A stretch of 64,000 nucleotides of DNA. Source: Candidatus Latescibacterota bacterium. GTDB taxonomy: Bacteria > Latescibacterota > UBA2968 > UBA8231. The stretch is taken from NCBI GenBank assembly GCA_965215195.1, contig CBDCDC010000002.1, positions 2,464,001 to 2,528,000 of the forward strand, in the 5' to 3' direction. This document shows positions 49,401 to 57,295 of the stretch, piece after piece. Below the pieces are notes generated by a model. The model worked only from the letters and a program-made list of their open reading frames with translations. It made no database searches and was not told the DNA's origin. Each line of letters opens with the position of its first letter. The first letter of the stretch is position 1. The position numbers and the translations under genes were made by a program.

Positions 49401-49634
49401 GTCCAGTTCCGCCGGGCGGCAGCCGGCTTTGCAGAAGTCGCACGCGACTATCCCGGCACCGAAAGCGAGATCGGAGCACTGAGCAATATGGGGGTCTGCT
49501 ACGAGTCATTGGGGCAGTGGAAGGACGCAGTGCAGGTTTACGACCAAGTCCTCAATCGCCTAGCCGACGAGCAGGCCGAAGCCCATCGCTTTGCCCGCAT
49601 GCACAAAGAGTGGATCGAAACCAACCGCTTATAG
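46407..49634 (+). CDS. Large tetratricopeptide-repeat protein (BamD/CpoB-like repeats), N-terminal anchor
   Basis: Many ALY..G..Y...A...Y...YP.S repeats over ~1075 aa. Hydrophobic N-terminus. Confidence 0.9.
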   Translation: MTPLLIVGTLLGLVVGSYFVPTPDEIRASFKQAQKFYAAEDYEQAIATYERINAIENPLLYTAEIEVAVGEVAAPIKEIALYQTGNSYFKRAQESQRRAARERDPERQRQLAARTATYFAEAAAYFLETEAQTTSPQMRELARNRLVNCLYASGDYQRTIEEGRAFLRQYPDSQYLDNALYNIGWAHFELEQYRESISAFEELVRHFPKGYRADRALFQIGEAYFQQQHYDQATSHYQEVVDRQDIDRLSERDLLKMRREKIAGLVDETALELAAKAQIKVGDCRAQSGDFAAAATAYGKVITAFAQEQKLVAEAYIRLADMYTQGGDDQAAVRTYREAIDGSRNRIFQASMQSLLAEHYYGIGNYQRAIAEYQLYLEAYGDVAKAAGLAPPWALYKIGRAHYERAEVQHQAAAARSAYAQAIAAYERIATDYPSSELVLAATPFNIALCNQMLGALGSAEHAARALELYQEIVEAGQDPDYVRSALFQLGRIHYQRANFEQAIAAYESILQKYSESPQRHAARFELALCYRDLGQPGRAVELFRQLDRTANLFPKAMLETSNLLTAEGDFSGALEALEAGLTASTAKDEQARLHYVKGRTLIETEAFVAAVEALGRTIELADDDEVRLGALYGRGVSLLKLKHYEEATADLKVLLHGDNEDLAGAAQRMLGLAHLELGREEEAIEDYRALVAAAADSIERAEHLVVLAELHYNLKEFAEVEAVCRRILSLDLPAGRDELQEKAYFLMGDAHESRGDPQALINTYQKALSRYPDSYYSADMRFALGQALFERDDLAGTVRVLAAYLQKAPAHRNRPYALYYLGYAHFNLTQFEQAAAAFADLASTYPHSELAPDALFRAGEAHYNLGQFAMAQEHYQQLLAMHPQADVADDALYNLAWSHLNMKRESQAIAAFHSVVSNYPNSPLAANAQFTIGDFYYNEKEYDKALQAYQEVSRRFPSSPVAQKVAELIDDLREVVAYLRYAEVEAVFAQALAEQDPVQFRRAAAGFAEVARDYPGTESEIGALSNMGVCYESLGQWKDAVQVYDQVLNRLADEQAEAHRFARMHKEWIETNRL

Positions 49635-49641
49635 GAGTACC

Positions 49642-50865
49642 GTGGCCGCGCAAATGGATGCCAAACGCTTTGCCATGCCGACGGACGCGCTCCGTTTGGA
49701 GAAATTGCTGCGCCGACAGCGCGGGGTGCTCTACCGGGCGCTGGCGATAGCTATTGCTCTGTTGGCCATACCCGCAATCTACCTAGCTACCAGGGAAGAA
49801 GAAAAAAGGGCACCCAAACCCCCGCTGATGCACCTCGTAGTGCGCAAGCCGCGCCTGACCAAAGCCTTTGAGTTTGAGAAACGGCAAATCCCCAAACGGC
49901 AGATGACCCGCCAAGTGCAGGCGGCCAAGCCGCAAATCACCCGCAAACCCCAGCTTCGCCTCCCCGACCTAGTCGGCAAGATCAAGACCTTCCGCTTCGG
50001 CGTTGCAAGCGGCGCGGATCTAGGCTTGGAAGTGGTCCAGCCCGCAGTGCAGCGCGTCGCCATCAAAAGCCCCAAAGAGCCGGAAAAGCGCATCAGCATG
50101 CAGGAGGAATTCCTCGACTTGGAAGCGCTGGATATCGGCCGCTATAAGGGGCTGGTAGTCCAAGATCCGACCGACAAACAGAACATCACTGGCTTCGTTT
50201 ACCTAGCCCTAGCCTGGGGCAACGACTTCAAACCGTCGACCCAGCGGGCCATCTTTGAGCTAGTCGAAGCGATTAATGGATTTACCCAGATTCGGGCCGA
50301 AGTAGATGACCATCTCTTCCTCGATTCGCGCGCTATCTTCCGGGCACCCTTCGTGTACATCTCCGTCGATCAAGCCTTTGAACCCACCCAGCAGGAGATC
50401 GCCAATCTGGGCGACTATTTGCGGCAGGGCGGCTTTGTCATGGTGGAGGCCATGAGCGAGTTGGGCCGGGATGCCGCCACCGAGTACACCCCGGCCGAAG
50501 CCTCGCTGCGGGAAATGCTCAAGGCTTCGCTGGGGCGGGATGCGCGCTTCAAGGTCATCCCCAACGACCACCCCATATACCACAGTTTTTACGACTTCGA
50601 CGATGGCCCGCCGCCAAAGCGGACTCAGGAAAGGCTCGTATTTGGCCGCGATTTTCATCCCGAGGTGCCCTTTCTCGAAGGCATCTTTCTGGGCGAGCGG
50701 CTGGTGGCAATTTTCACGACCAAGGAATATGGACGCGCTTGGGAAAAGGAATTCCGCAACGAGCCACAGCTACAAATGGGCGTCAACCTAGTGGTGTTCG
50801 CCCTGACTCAGCAAGGTTCTATTGCCCAGCAACAGATCGATTTCTACACGGAGCAAAACCAATGA
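49642..50865 (+). CDS. Membrane-anchored DUF4159-like protein
   Basis: AGGAG RBS. TM helix, Lys/Pro-rich linker RKPRLTK.FE..KR, then PF.YI, L..YL..GGF, IP.DHPIYHSFYDF, GVNL.VFALTQ. Confidence 0.75.
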   Translation: MAAQMDAKRFAMPTDALRLEKLLRRQRGVLYRALAIAIALLAIPAIYLATREEEKRAPKPPLMHLVVRKPRLTKAFEFEKRQIPKRQMTRQVQAAKPQITRKPQLRLPDLVGKIKTFRFGVASGADLGLEVVQPAVQRVAIKSPKEPEKRISMQEEFLDLEALDIGRYKGLVVQDPTDKQNITGFVYLALAWGNDFKPSTQRAIFELVEAINGFTQIRAEVDDHLFLDSRAIFRAPFVYISVDQAFEPTQQEIANLGDYLRQGGFVMVEAMSELGRDAATEYTPAEASLREMLKASLGRDARFKVIPNDHPIYHSFYDFDDGPPPKRTQERLVFGRDFHPEVPFLEGIFLGERLVAIFTTKEYGRAWEKEFRNEPQLQMGVNLVVFALTQQGSIAQQQIDFYTEQNQ

Positions 50866-52085
50866 GCAAAAAGGACACTAGCGCGGTGGGGCTTTGGCTC
50901 ATTGCTCTGTGCGGTCTGCTAGCGGGCTGTTTTCTCTTTCCCACGGCTGTCAAGCGCGAGACCCTGCTGCTGCCGGTCGTCGAGTCCTCGGAAGCGGAAG
51001 GGGCCTATCGCCTGCAGGAGAATGGCGCAATCTCTTGGGAACTAGCCGGTCTGCGCCTCGAGGTGGAGCACATGACCGACGCCAAGCTCAACGCCCTCTT
51101 CCCCGACGAATCCGGGCGCGGCAAGTACTCGACCAATCCCTATACCTACGGCGACTGGATCGACACCCGCCTAGGTTATACGCCCAACCGCTTCACCGTT
51201 TTCAAGGTCACTATTTTTAACCGCACTCTGCCCAAAGTCATGCTCGACCCCTTGGCAGCCGTATTGGACACTGACCAAGGCCAGTTCCTGCGCGCCTATG
51301 GCATCACCTCGTCGTCGCCGCATGGCAATTTCGAAAACTACTACCGCTCGCAGCGGGGCCAGAGCGGCAACGAGTTCTATCGCTTCGAGCTGCGCATGGG
51401 CATGGTGCGCAGCTATAACTACGAGGAGGACCAGCCCATATTTAAGGGCGAGAATTACGGCGGTTTCATCGTCTTCGCTCCGCTTTATCCCGAAACCGAG
51501 GAAGTCGTGCTGACCCTGAAGGACTTTGTCTTGCGTTTCGGGGCTTTTGACAAACCCGTGCAAAAGCGGGATCTGCGCTTTGTCTTTGAGCACAAAGTGG
51601 AAGATCGCGTCGTGCAAAAGAGAGCAACCAGCGGCAAAATCGCCGAAACACTGATGATTTCCGAGAATGGCCCCAGCCGGATCATGGGCAATCTGCCCGG
51701 TGAGCGCACTCGCAGCCTGAGTGCCATTCGGGCCGTGGTGCGGCAGCGTTTGTCGGGTCTCAACCGCTGCTTCGTCCAAGCATTCGACAAAGGAGAGGCC
51801 GCCGCTGGCGCAGTGACTATGCGCTTCACCATTGAGGTGGGCGGAGCCGTTTCCGCGGCCAAGGTCACCAGCTCGAGCGTGAGCAGCCAAGCCGTGGGCC
51901 AGTGCATGCAACAAGAAATTATGCGGTGGGCCTTCCGGCCCATCGATATAGGGGCACTGCAAACGCCGGCGGCTGGCGCAGCAAGTGGAGAGAATGCGAG
52001 CGGTGCCGGAGCGCGGGCCCCACTACCCCGGTTGACGCCACTGCCTGTATTGGTGACGTATCCCTTCACTTTCGAGGTGGAATAG
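50862..52085 (+). CDS. Lipoprotein with C-terminal AgmX/PglI (TonB-C-like) domain
   Basis: LAGC lipobox. C-terminal I..VV......L..CF.....G.V..RFTI...G.V....V..S.....V..C......W.F...V.YPF.F. Confidence 0.75.
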   Translation: MSKKDTSAVGLWLIALCGLLAGCFLFPTAVKRETLLLPVVESSEAEGAYRLQENGAISWELAGLRLEVEHMTDAKLNALFPDESGRGKYSTNPYTYGDWIDTRLGYTPNRFTVFKVTIFNRTLPKVMLDPLAAVLDTDQGQFLRAYGITSSSPHGNFENYYRSQRGQSGNEFYRFELRMGMVRSYNYEEDQPIFKGENYGGFIVFAPLYPETEEVVLTLKDFVLRFGAFDKPVQKRDLRFVFEHKVEDRVVQKRATSGKIAETLMISENGPSRIMGNLPGERTRSLSAIRAVVRQRLSGLNRCFVQAFDKGEAAAGAVTMRFTIEVGGAVSAAKVTSSSVSSQAVGQCMQQEIMRWAFRPIDIGALQTPAAGAASGENASGAGARAPLPRLTPLPVLVTYPFTFEVE

Positions 52086-52525
52086 TGCCATCCAGCATCT
52101 TCTTTGCAACTTTCTTTTTGCTAGTCGCTTGCGGCCGCGAAGAAGTGCCGCTGCTCGCGGTGCATCAGATATTGCACAAAACCGGAGCAACCTTGCAGGA
52201 GCGCCTCGGCGAGCCGGATTTCGGCTTTGCGCGCTCCGAGAAAGTAACCACCCTCCAGTGGCGAGATGCCGATGGAGATAGCACTTGGGTTTACGTGGAT
52301 TTGCTACACGGCAGCGCGTCTTATGTGACCTATACCTTCAAAAACATGGACCCCTTTGATACGGCAGAGGCACTGCGGCGCATTGGCCTGTCCGTGCCGG
52401 AGCAAGAGCCAGAACACGTCTGGGAAAACGGCTCTAAGCGCTGGAAGCCCTTCGGCCAATACCACCGTTTGGTGGTCAATCCGGTTACCAAAGTCGTCAC
52501 TGTAAGCCTCAACTTCGAGCAATAG
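52085..52525 (+). CDS. Small lipoprotein of unknown function
   Basis: GTG overlapping the upstream TAG. LVAC lipobox. Confidence 0.7.
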   Translation: MPSSIFFATFFLLVACGREEVPLLAVHQILHKTGATLQERLGEPDFGFARSEKVTTLQWRDADGDSTWVYVDLLHGSASYVTYTFKNMDPFDTAEALRRIGLSVPEQEPEHVWENGSKRWKPFGQYHRLVVNPVTKVVTVSLNFEQ

Positions 52526-52532
52526 CTGAAAA

Positions 52533-54584
52533 ATGAAAGTCATGCCAGCGGTAGTGGGTTTTGTTCTGGCGGTGCTTGCGCCCGCGGCGGCGGCCGAGTG
52601 GCAGATCGCGCAGTGGGAGCAGATCGTCTACTACCGGCTTACCTTCAATGCGGCTCAAGCGACACCGGCTGCCTTGCGCCTGACCGCAGTCGATGAATAC
52701 GAGGTTTTTCTCAACGGCGACTCAATGGGCCGCGATAGCGACTGGACGACCGTAGAGGAACTAGCGGTCGAACTGCAAGGCGGCCCTAACCATCTAGCCG
52801 TGCGCGTGGAAAACCGGGGACAGGGCAACGGCAGCGGTCTGATCGTCGAAGTGGTCGCTGGCGAACAGGTGTGGCTGAGTACTACCAGCGGTCTACAGGA
52901 GGTCTGGCGTTGGAGCGGCCATCCCCAGCAAGGCACCGACTGGCTGACTGCGGATGTCGGCGAGATAGCAGGGTGGACAACGGTGCAGCGCGGTCGGCTG
53001 GAGCGCCACCGGCTTTCCGGCTGGGACGACGCCCGCGCAGCGGAAGTAATCGCTGGCTATCCCGGGGGCGTTGACGTGGGCGGCGACGGGCTGAGCTTGC
53101 GCACGGTCGAGGGCGAAAACCTCGCACTGAGTCAGTCGGCAAACCGGCCGGAGGTATTTGACGGCCAAGCCGAAAGCGTCTGGACGATCGAACCCGACGA
53201 GCTGAACAGCTTTGCCCGCGTCGATCTGGGCATCCAGCGCTTGATAGGCGAAGTGCGGGTCTTTACCGCCGGAAAAAATGCCGCAGACTTTGCCGCCAAC
53301 ACCCTACAGGGATATGCCGTCGAGGTCAGCAACGACGGTTTTCAGTGGCGCGAAGTCGGCGCCATTAGCGGCATTGCCGATTTTGCGCAAACCGCCGTTG
53401 CCTTTGAGCCGATCTTCGGCCGCTTTTTGCGCGTGGTCGCCATCGAACTCGATCCACTGCGGCGGGCCCGCGTCGCCGATATTCAGGTGACCGGGCAGGG
53501 GGTGGCCCCGGCGGGCACTTTCACTTCGGCACCGCTGGACCTGGGCTTGCCCGGCCAGCGCAAGCTCTACGACCGCTTTCGCTGGACCGGACAGCGGCCC
53601 GCCGGCACCGCCCTGAGCGTGCAGTTCCGCACTTCGCACGACGGCCTCACCTGGAGCGACTGGAGCCCTGAGACCGACGCCCCAGAAGCCGCTGTGCAGG
53701 TGCCCGAACCGCGAGACTTGCTGCAATATCGGGTCAATTTCTCCACTGATTTCGAAGACGTCGGCCCGCGCCTAGACAGTCTGATCATTGCTTTCTCCGA
53801 GCAGACGCCCGCCTCGGCCGCCCGCGTGCGGGTGGAACCGAACCGGGGGGTAGTGGGGCGCGAGGCCGAATTCGTCTATCACCTCGAAGTCGAAATCGAA
53901 GAGGGCGATTTGGGCGTGGAGCGCATCCGCATCGCTATGCCGAGCCTAGCCGAAGTGACAGAAATTGTGCCACCCCCGGGGATGGAAGTCGCCCGCACCA
54001 CTATTGCGGGAGACGCGCTGGAGTTGGTATGGGCCGATCCCTGGCGCCAGTCTGGCCAGTTGCAACTGCGTTTCAGGGCGCGGTTGCTGACCAACCAGTT
54101 CGCCTTTTTCACGCGCCTTTTTAGCCCACAGGCAGCTATCTCACTCGATGCCGAGGAGAACGCCGCCTCTGATCCAGCCACCGGAGCCCGGTACTCTTGG
54201 AGTGTGCGGGCGCTCGACGCGTTTGGGCCGATATTGGACCAAGTGCGGACCAACCCGCCCGTTTTCACCCCCAACGGCGACCATATCAACGACCATACCG
54301 TCGTTGAATTCGTCCTCTCCCGGGTCAGTGTGCCGCAGAAAATCGACGTGGACATTTTCGACTTGGGGGGCCGCTTGGTGCGCCAGCTAAACACCGGCTC
54401 GCTGGGCGGCGGCCAATACGTGCGCCCTCCAGCCGGAGGCGACCCGGCGCTCAGCCCGGGTTTTTGGGACGGCCGCGACGACGACGGCACCTTGGTGGCA
54501 CCGGGCCTATACCTCGTGCGGGTGCGGGCCCAATTGGATCAGGGCGACAAAACCGCAGTATGCACCGCAGCGGTGCTGTACTGA
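52533..54584 (+). CDS. Secreted jelly-roll/discoidin (F5/8C-like) protein with CHU_C/FlgD-like C-terminal domain, paralogue A1
   Basis: Signal peptide, TAVDEYEVFLNG, VDLG..R.I..V...Y.VEVSNDG..W, VFTPNGD.IND...IFDL.GR.VR...WDGRD..G.LV.PGLY. Confidence 0.82.
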   Translation: MKVMPAVVGFVLAVLAPAAAAEWQIAQWEQIVYYRLTFNAAQATPAALRLTAVDEYEVFLNGDSMGRDSDWTTVEELAVELQGGPNHLAVRVENRGQGNGSGLIVEVVAGEQVWLSTTSGLQEVWRWSGHPQQGTDWLTADVGEIAGWTTVQRGRLERHRLSGWDDARAAEVIAGYPGGVDVGGDGLSLRTVEGENLALSQSANRPEVFDGQAESVWTIEPDELNSFARVDLGIQRLIGEVRVFTAGKNAADFAANTLQGYAVEVSNDGFQWREVGAISGIADFAQTAVAFEPIFGRFLRVVAIELDPLRRARVADIQVTGQGVAPAGTFTSAPLDLGLPGQRKLYDRFRWTGQRPAGTALSVQFRTSHDGLTWSDWSPETDAPEAAVQVPEPRDLLQYRVNFSTDFEDVGPRLDSLIIAFSEQTPASAARVRVEPNRGVVGREAEFVYHLEVEIEEGDLGVERIRIAMPSLAEVTEIVPPPGMEVARTTIAGDALELVWADPWRQSGQLQLRFRARLLTNQFAFFTRLFSPQAAISLDAEENAASDPATGARYSWSVRALDAFGPILDQVRTNPPVFTPNGDHINDHTVVEFVLSRVSVPQKIDVDIFDLGGRLVRQLNTGSLGGGQYVRPPAGGDPALSPGFWDGRDDDGTLVAPGLYLVRVRAQLDQGDKTAVCTAAVLY

Positions 54585-54585
54585 G

Positions 54586-57291
54586 ATGCGCTACCTTAAA
54601 ACAACCTGCCTGTTTTTGCTAGTGCTGAGCGGCTTTTTTGACCGCTCCCACGGCCAGTACCTCAACCGCGAATACTATCCCCTGTGGGCCAACGAGGAGT
54701 ACGAGAACTACGCTCATTTTTCCTACCGCGATATCCGTCTGCGGCGCCTAGCCGGCGGCTTCTTCCTCGACGAGGAGACGCGCGTTTACGACCCCTTTGG
54801 CTTCACCCTGCTCAACGGGGCCGATCTCTACCGCACCCAAGAATTCCGCACCATTTCGCCTTTTGGCGGCAGCATCATTTTTAAGGATGACGCCTACCGA
54901 GACCTTTTTCAGAATCTGGTCGTCGCCAGTGATTCCTATCAGGACTGGGGTTCGTCGGTCATCCTCGGCCGGGCCGTGGAGGCTCGCTTCAAGCCCATGA
55001 TGTTATCGATCAACCGCATGAATGGCATCCGCTGGGACTCCAATTCGCAGCGCAACCGCTTCACGGTGTTGGGCTCGCGCATTTCCGATCCCCTGCGCAA
55101 CTTCGCTTCTTCGCGGCCGCTCGACTTTGCGACCTATCTCTTCGGCGGACACTGGAAAACCCAGATCGGCAGCGTCTTGCAATTTGGTGCTTCGTACGTC
55201 AATACCCATATCACCGACACCTTGCTGGGGCGTCGGGAGGGCTCTTTCCGCAAAGGCGCTTTCCCCACCAACTTGGTCACACCCAGCGAAGTTTTTCTCG
55301 CCATCAGCGATGATTCGCCCGACGATGGCGTTGGTGCCCAAGTCCACGATGTACAGATGATCGTCAATGGCCAGCCCAGCCAGACAGCTCCAGAAGTGCG
55401 CCGAATCGCCGATCTGGTGTCCCTAGGCAAAGATCGGCGCATGATTTCCGCCCGTCTGCGTCTCGAAGACGTGCCACACCTGCGCCGCCGGCAGTCTTGG
55501 CTACCGCACACCGTTGGTTTCGGTAGTCTTTTCGGTTCGCGCGGCGGCCTGTTCAGCAGTGCCGAAGTAGTGGAGTTAGACGGCGAAGATGCCCTCCAAG
55601 CCGACGGCTACAGCGTATTGCTGTTCCGCTTTGCAGTGCCGCCCGAGGCCGAACATATCTCCTTTAGGGTCCTAGCGGCCAACGACTATGCCATCGACCT
55701 AGGGGCCCCCATCGGCCGGAGCGGCGTGGCCGGCTCAGCGTGGGAAGACTGGCGCAATGTGGTGCGGGCCGAGGGCAACGTCCGCAACGGTTCGAATATG
55801 GGCTGGGTTGAGTTCGACTACGGCTTCCCCTCGGGTCTGGAACTCTACGGCGCCAATCTCGAACTGGATCTGCTCGGCTTTGAAGTGCGCGGCGACCTCA
55901 ATACCAGCACCCACCACCTCATCTTTCCCGCCCAAGAGGGCCGCCGGCACAAGCGACCGGTACGCGCTTATTCGCTACAGGGCAAGCGCCTGTTGGCGAA
56001 CTTCGCCGTGGGCTGGGAGCTGTTCCGAGTACCACCCCAATACCGCACCTCTTTCACTTATTTCGACGAATTCGTACCCGCCCTGAAAGAATTCGCATTA
56101 GTCGATGACAACGACGATCTGGACCCTTGGCCCGATTCTTGGGAACACGACGATCCCCTAAACCTGCGCTTCCACAACGACATCACCGAGGCGGCCATTG
56201 AGGTCAAAGAAAACCTCTTTCCCGGCTCCCTGCGCGACGTCGGCTTCGGGGTATTCCCCGGCCTAGATGACAACGGCGACGGCATCTTCGACACCAATGT
56301 CAACGACAATCTGCTGCCCGACTACCAAGAGCCCTTTCTCATGTACTTCGTCGAGTCTGAAGACTTCGTGTACGGCGACGATTTCAACAACAACGGCGTG
56401 ATCGACTCGCGCGAAAACGACAACAAACCCGACTACCCGTACGAGCGCGACAGCAAAGGGCAGCACGTATTCTTTACCTTCAACCCCACTTCCCAGCTCG
56501 AGTTGCGGCTGGGCGGACACGCCATCGAACAAATTGCCGGGGGAGGGCGCAATCGCGCCTTGTACGCCAAACTCGAGTACAGCCGACCCCTGTTCGACCG
56601 CATCCACCTAAACCTGCGCCACCGCAGCAAACGCGTACAGGACGATATCCCCGACCCGCTCTACCAATACGCGTCCAATCCGCTGCTGCGGGGCCGCTAC
56701 GAAATCGGCTTGCGCGACGATCCCTTGCGTTACCGCAACAGCCATGCCCATCTGAGCTATGTGAAATTCAACTACACCGGCGTCGACCACCTGACGCTCA
56801 ACAATACTTGGCGCTGGGAACTCAACCACCGCTTTGCCGACGGCCAGACGCAAAATTCGGGCAATGACTGGTCTCTGGCCTTAGTAAATCGGGTCGACTA
56901 CGTCTGGCAGCCGCGCCAGCAACTGACCCTGACCCCCATGCTCAAATGGACCTATCGCCGCTCAGCCTCAGCACTACTGGGCGACCTAGTGGACGAGACC
57001 AATCTAGCGCCGATTGTGCGGCTCAATTTTTTCTTGACCAAACGCACCACCATAAAGGCCGGCATCCAAGGCTTTCCCCTCTTGAAGCATCGCTTGCGCG
57101 ATGCCGTGGCCCCCTCCGACGATTTCAATGCTTGGCACTATATCATCGGCTTGCACAACAATAGCAGCTACACCGGCTACCGGATCAGCATGAACCTAGG
57201 ACTGCGAAAATCCTTTACCGACTTTGTCCACTCCAGCACGACCGGCACGGTGGAGACTTCGGAGTTTTTCCTGCAGGTGAGGACGAATTGA
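54586..57291 (+). CDS. Uncharacterised ~900-aa exported protein, putative outer-membrane barrel with Ca-binding DxDxDG loop, paralogue B1
   Basis: Signal peptide, aromatic-rich amphipathic strands, acidic GVFPGLDDNGDG...YGDDFNNNGVID.RENDNKPDYPY block. Confidence 0.7.
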   Translation: MRYLKTTCLFLLVLSGFFDRSHGQYLNREYYPLWANEEYENYAHFSYRDIRLRRLAGGFFLDEETRVYDPFGFTLLNGADLYRTQEFRTISPFGGSIIFKDDAYRDLFQNLVVASDSYQDWGSSVILGRAVEARFKPMMLSINRMNGIRWDSNSQRNRFTVLGSRISDPLRNFASSRPLDFATYLFGGHWKTQIGSVLQFGASYVNTHITDTLLGRREGSFRKGAFPTNLVTPSEVFLAISDDSPDDGVGAQVHDVQMIVNGQPSQTAPEVRRIADLVSLGKDRRMISARLRLEDVPHLRRRQSWLPHTVGFGSLFGSRGGLFSSAEVVELDGEDALQADGYSVLLFRFAVPPEAEHISFRVLAANDYAIDLGAPIGRSGVAGSAWEDWRNVVRAEGNVRNGSNMGWVEFDYGFPSGLELYGANLELDLLGFEVRGDLNTSTHHLIFPAQEGRRHKRPVRAYSLQGKRLLANFAVGWELFRVPPQYRTSFTYFDEFVPALKEFALVDDNDDLDPWPDSWEHDDPLNLRFHNDITEAAIEVKENLFPGSLRDVGFGVFPGLDDNGDGIFDTNVNDNLLPDYQEPFLMYFVESEDFVYGDDFNNNGVIDSRENDNKPDYPYERDSKGQHVFFTFNPTSQLELRLGGHAIEQIAGGGRNRALYAKLEYSRPLFDRIHLNLRHRSKRVQDDIPDPLYQYASNPLLRGRYEIGLRDDPLRYRNSHAHLSYVKFNYTGVDHLTLNNTWRWELNHRFADGQTQNSGNDWSLALVNRVDYVWQPRQQLTLTPMLKWTYRRSASALLGDLVDETNLAPIVRLNFFLTKRTTIKAGIQGFPLLKHRLRDAVAPSDDFNAWHYIIGLHNNSSYTGYRISMNLGLRKSFTDFVHSSTTGTVETSEFFLQVRTN

Positions 57292-57295
57292 GTCC

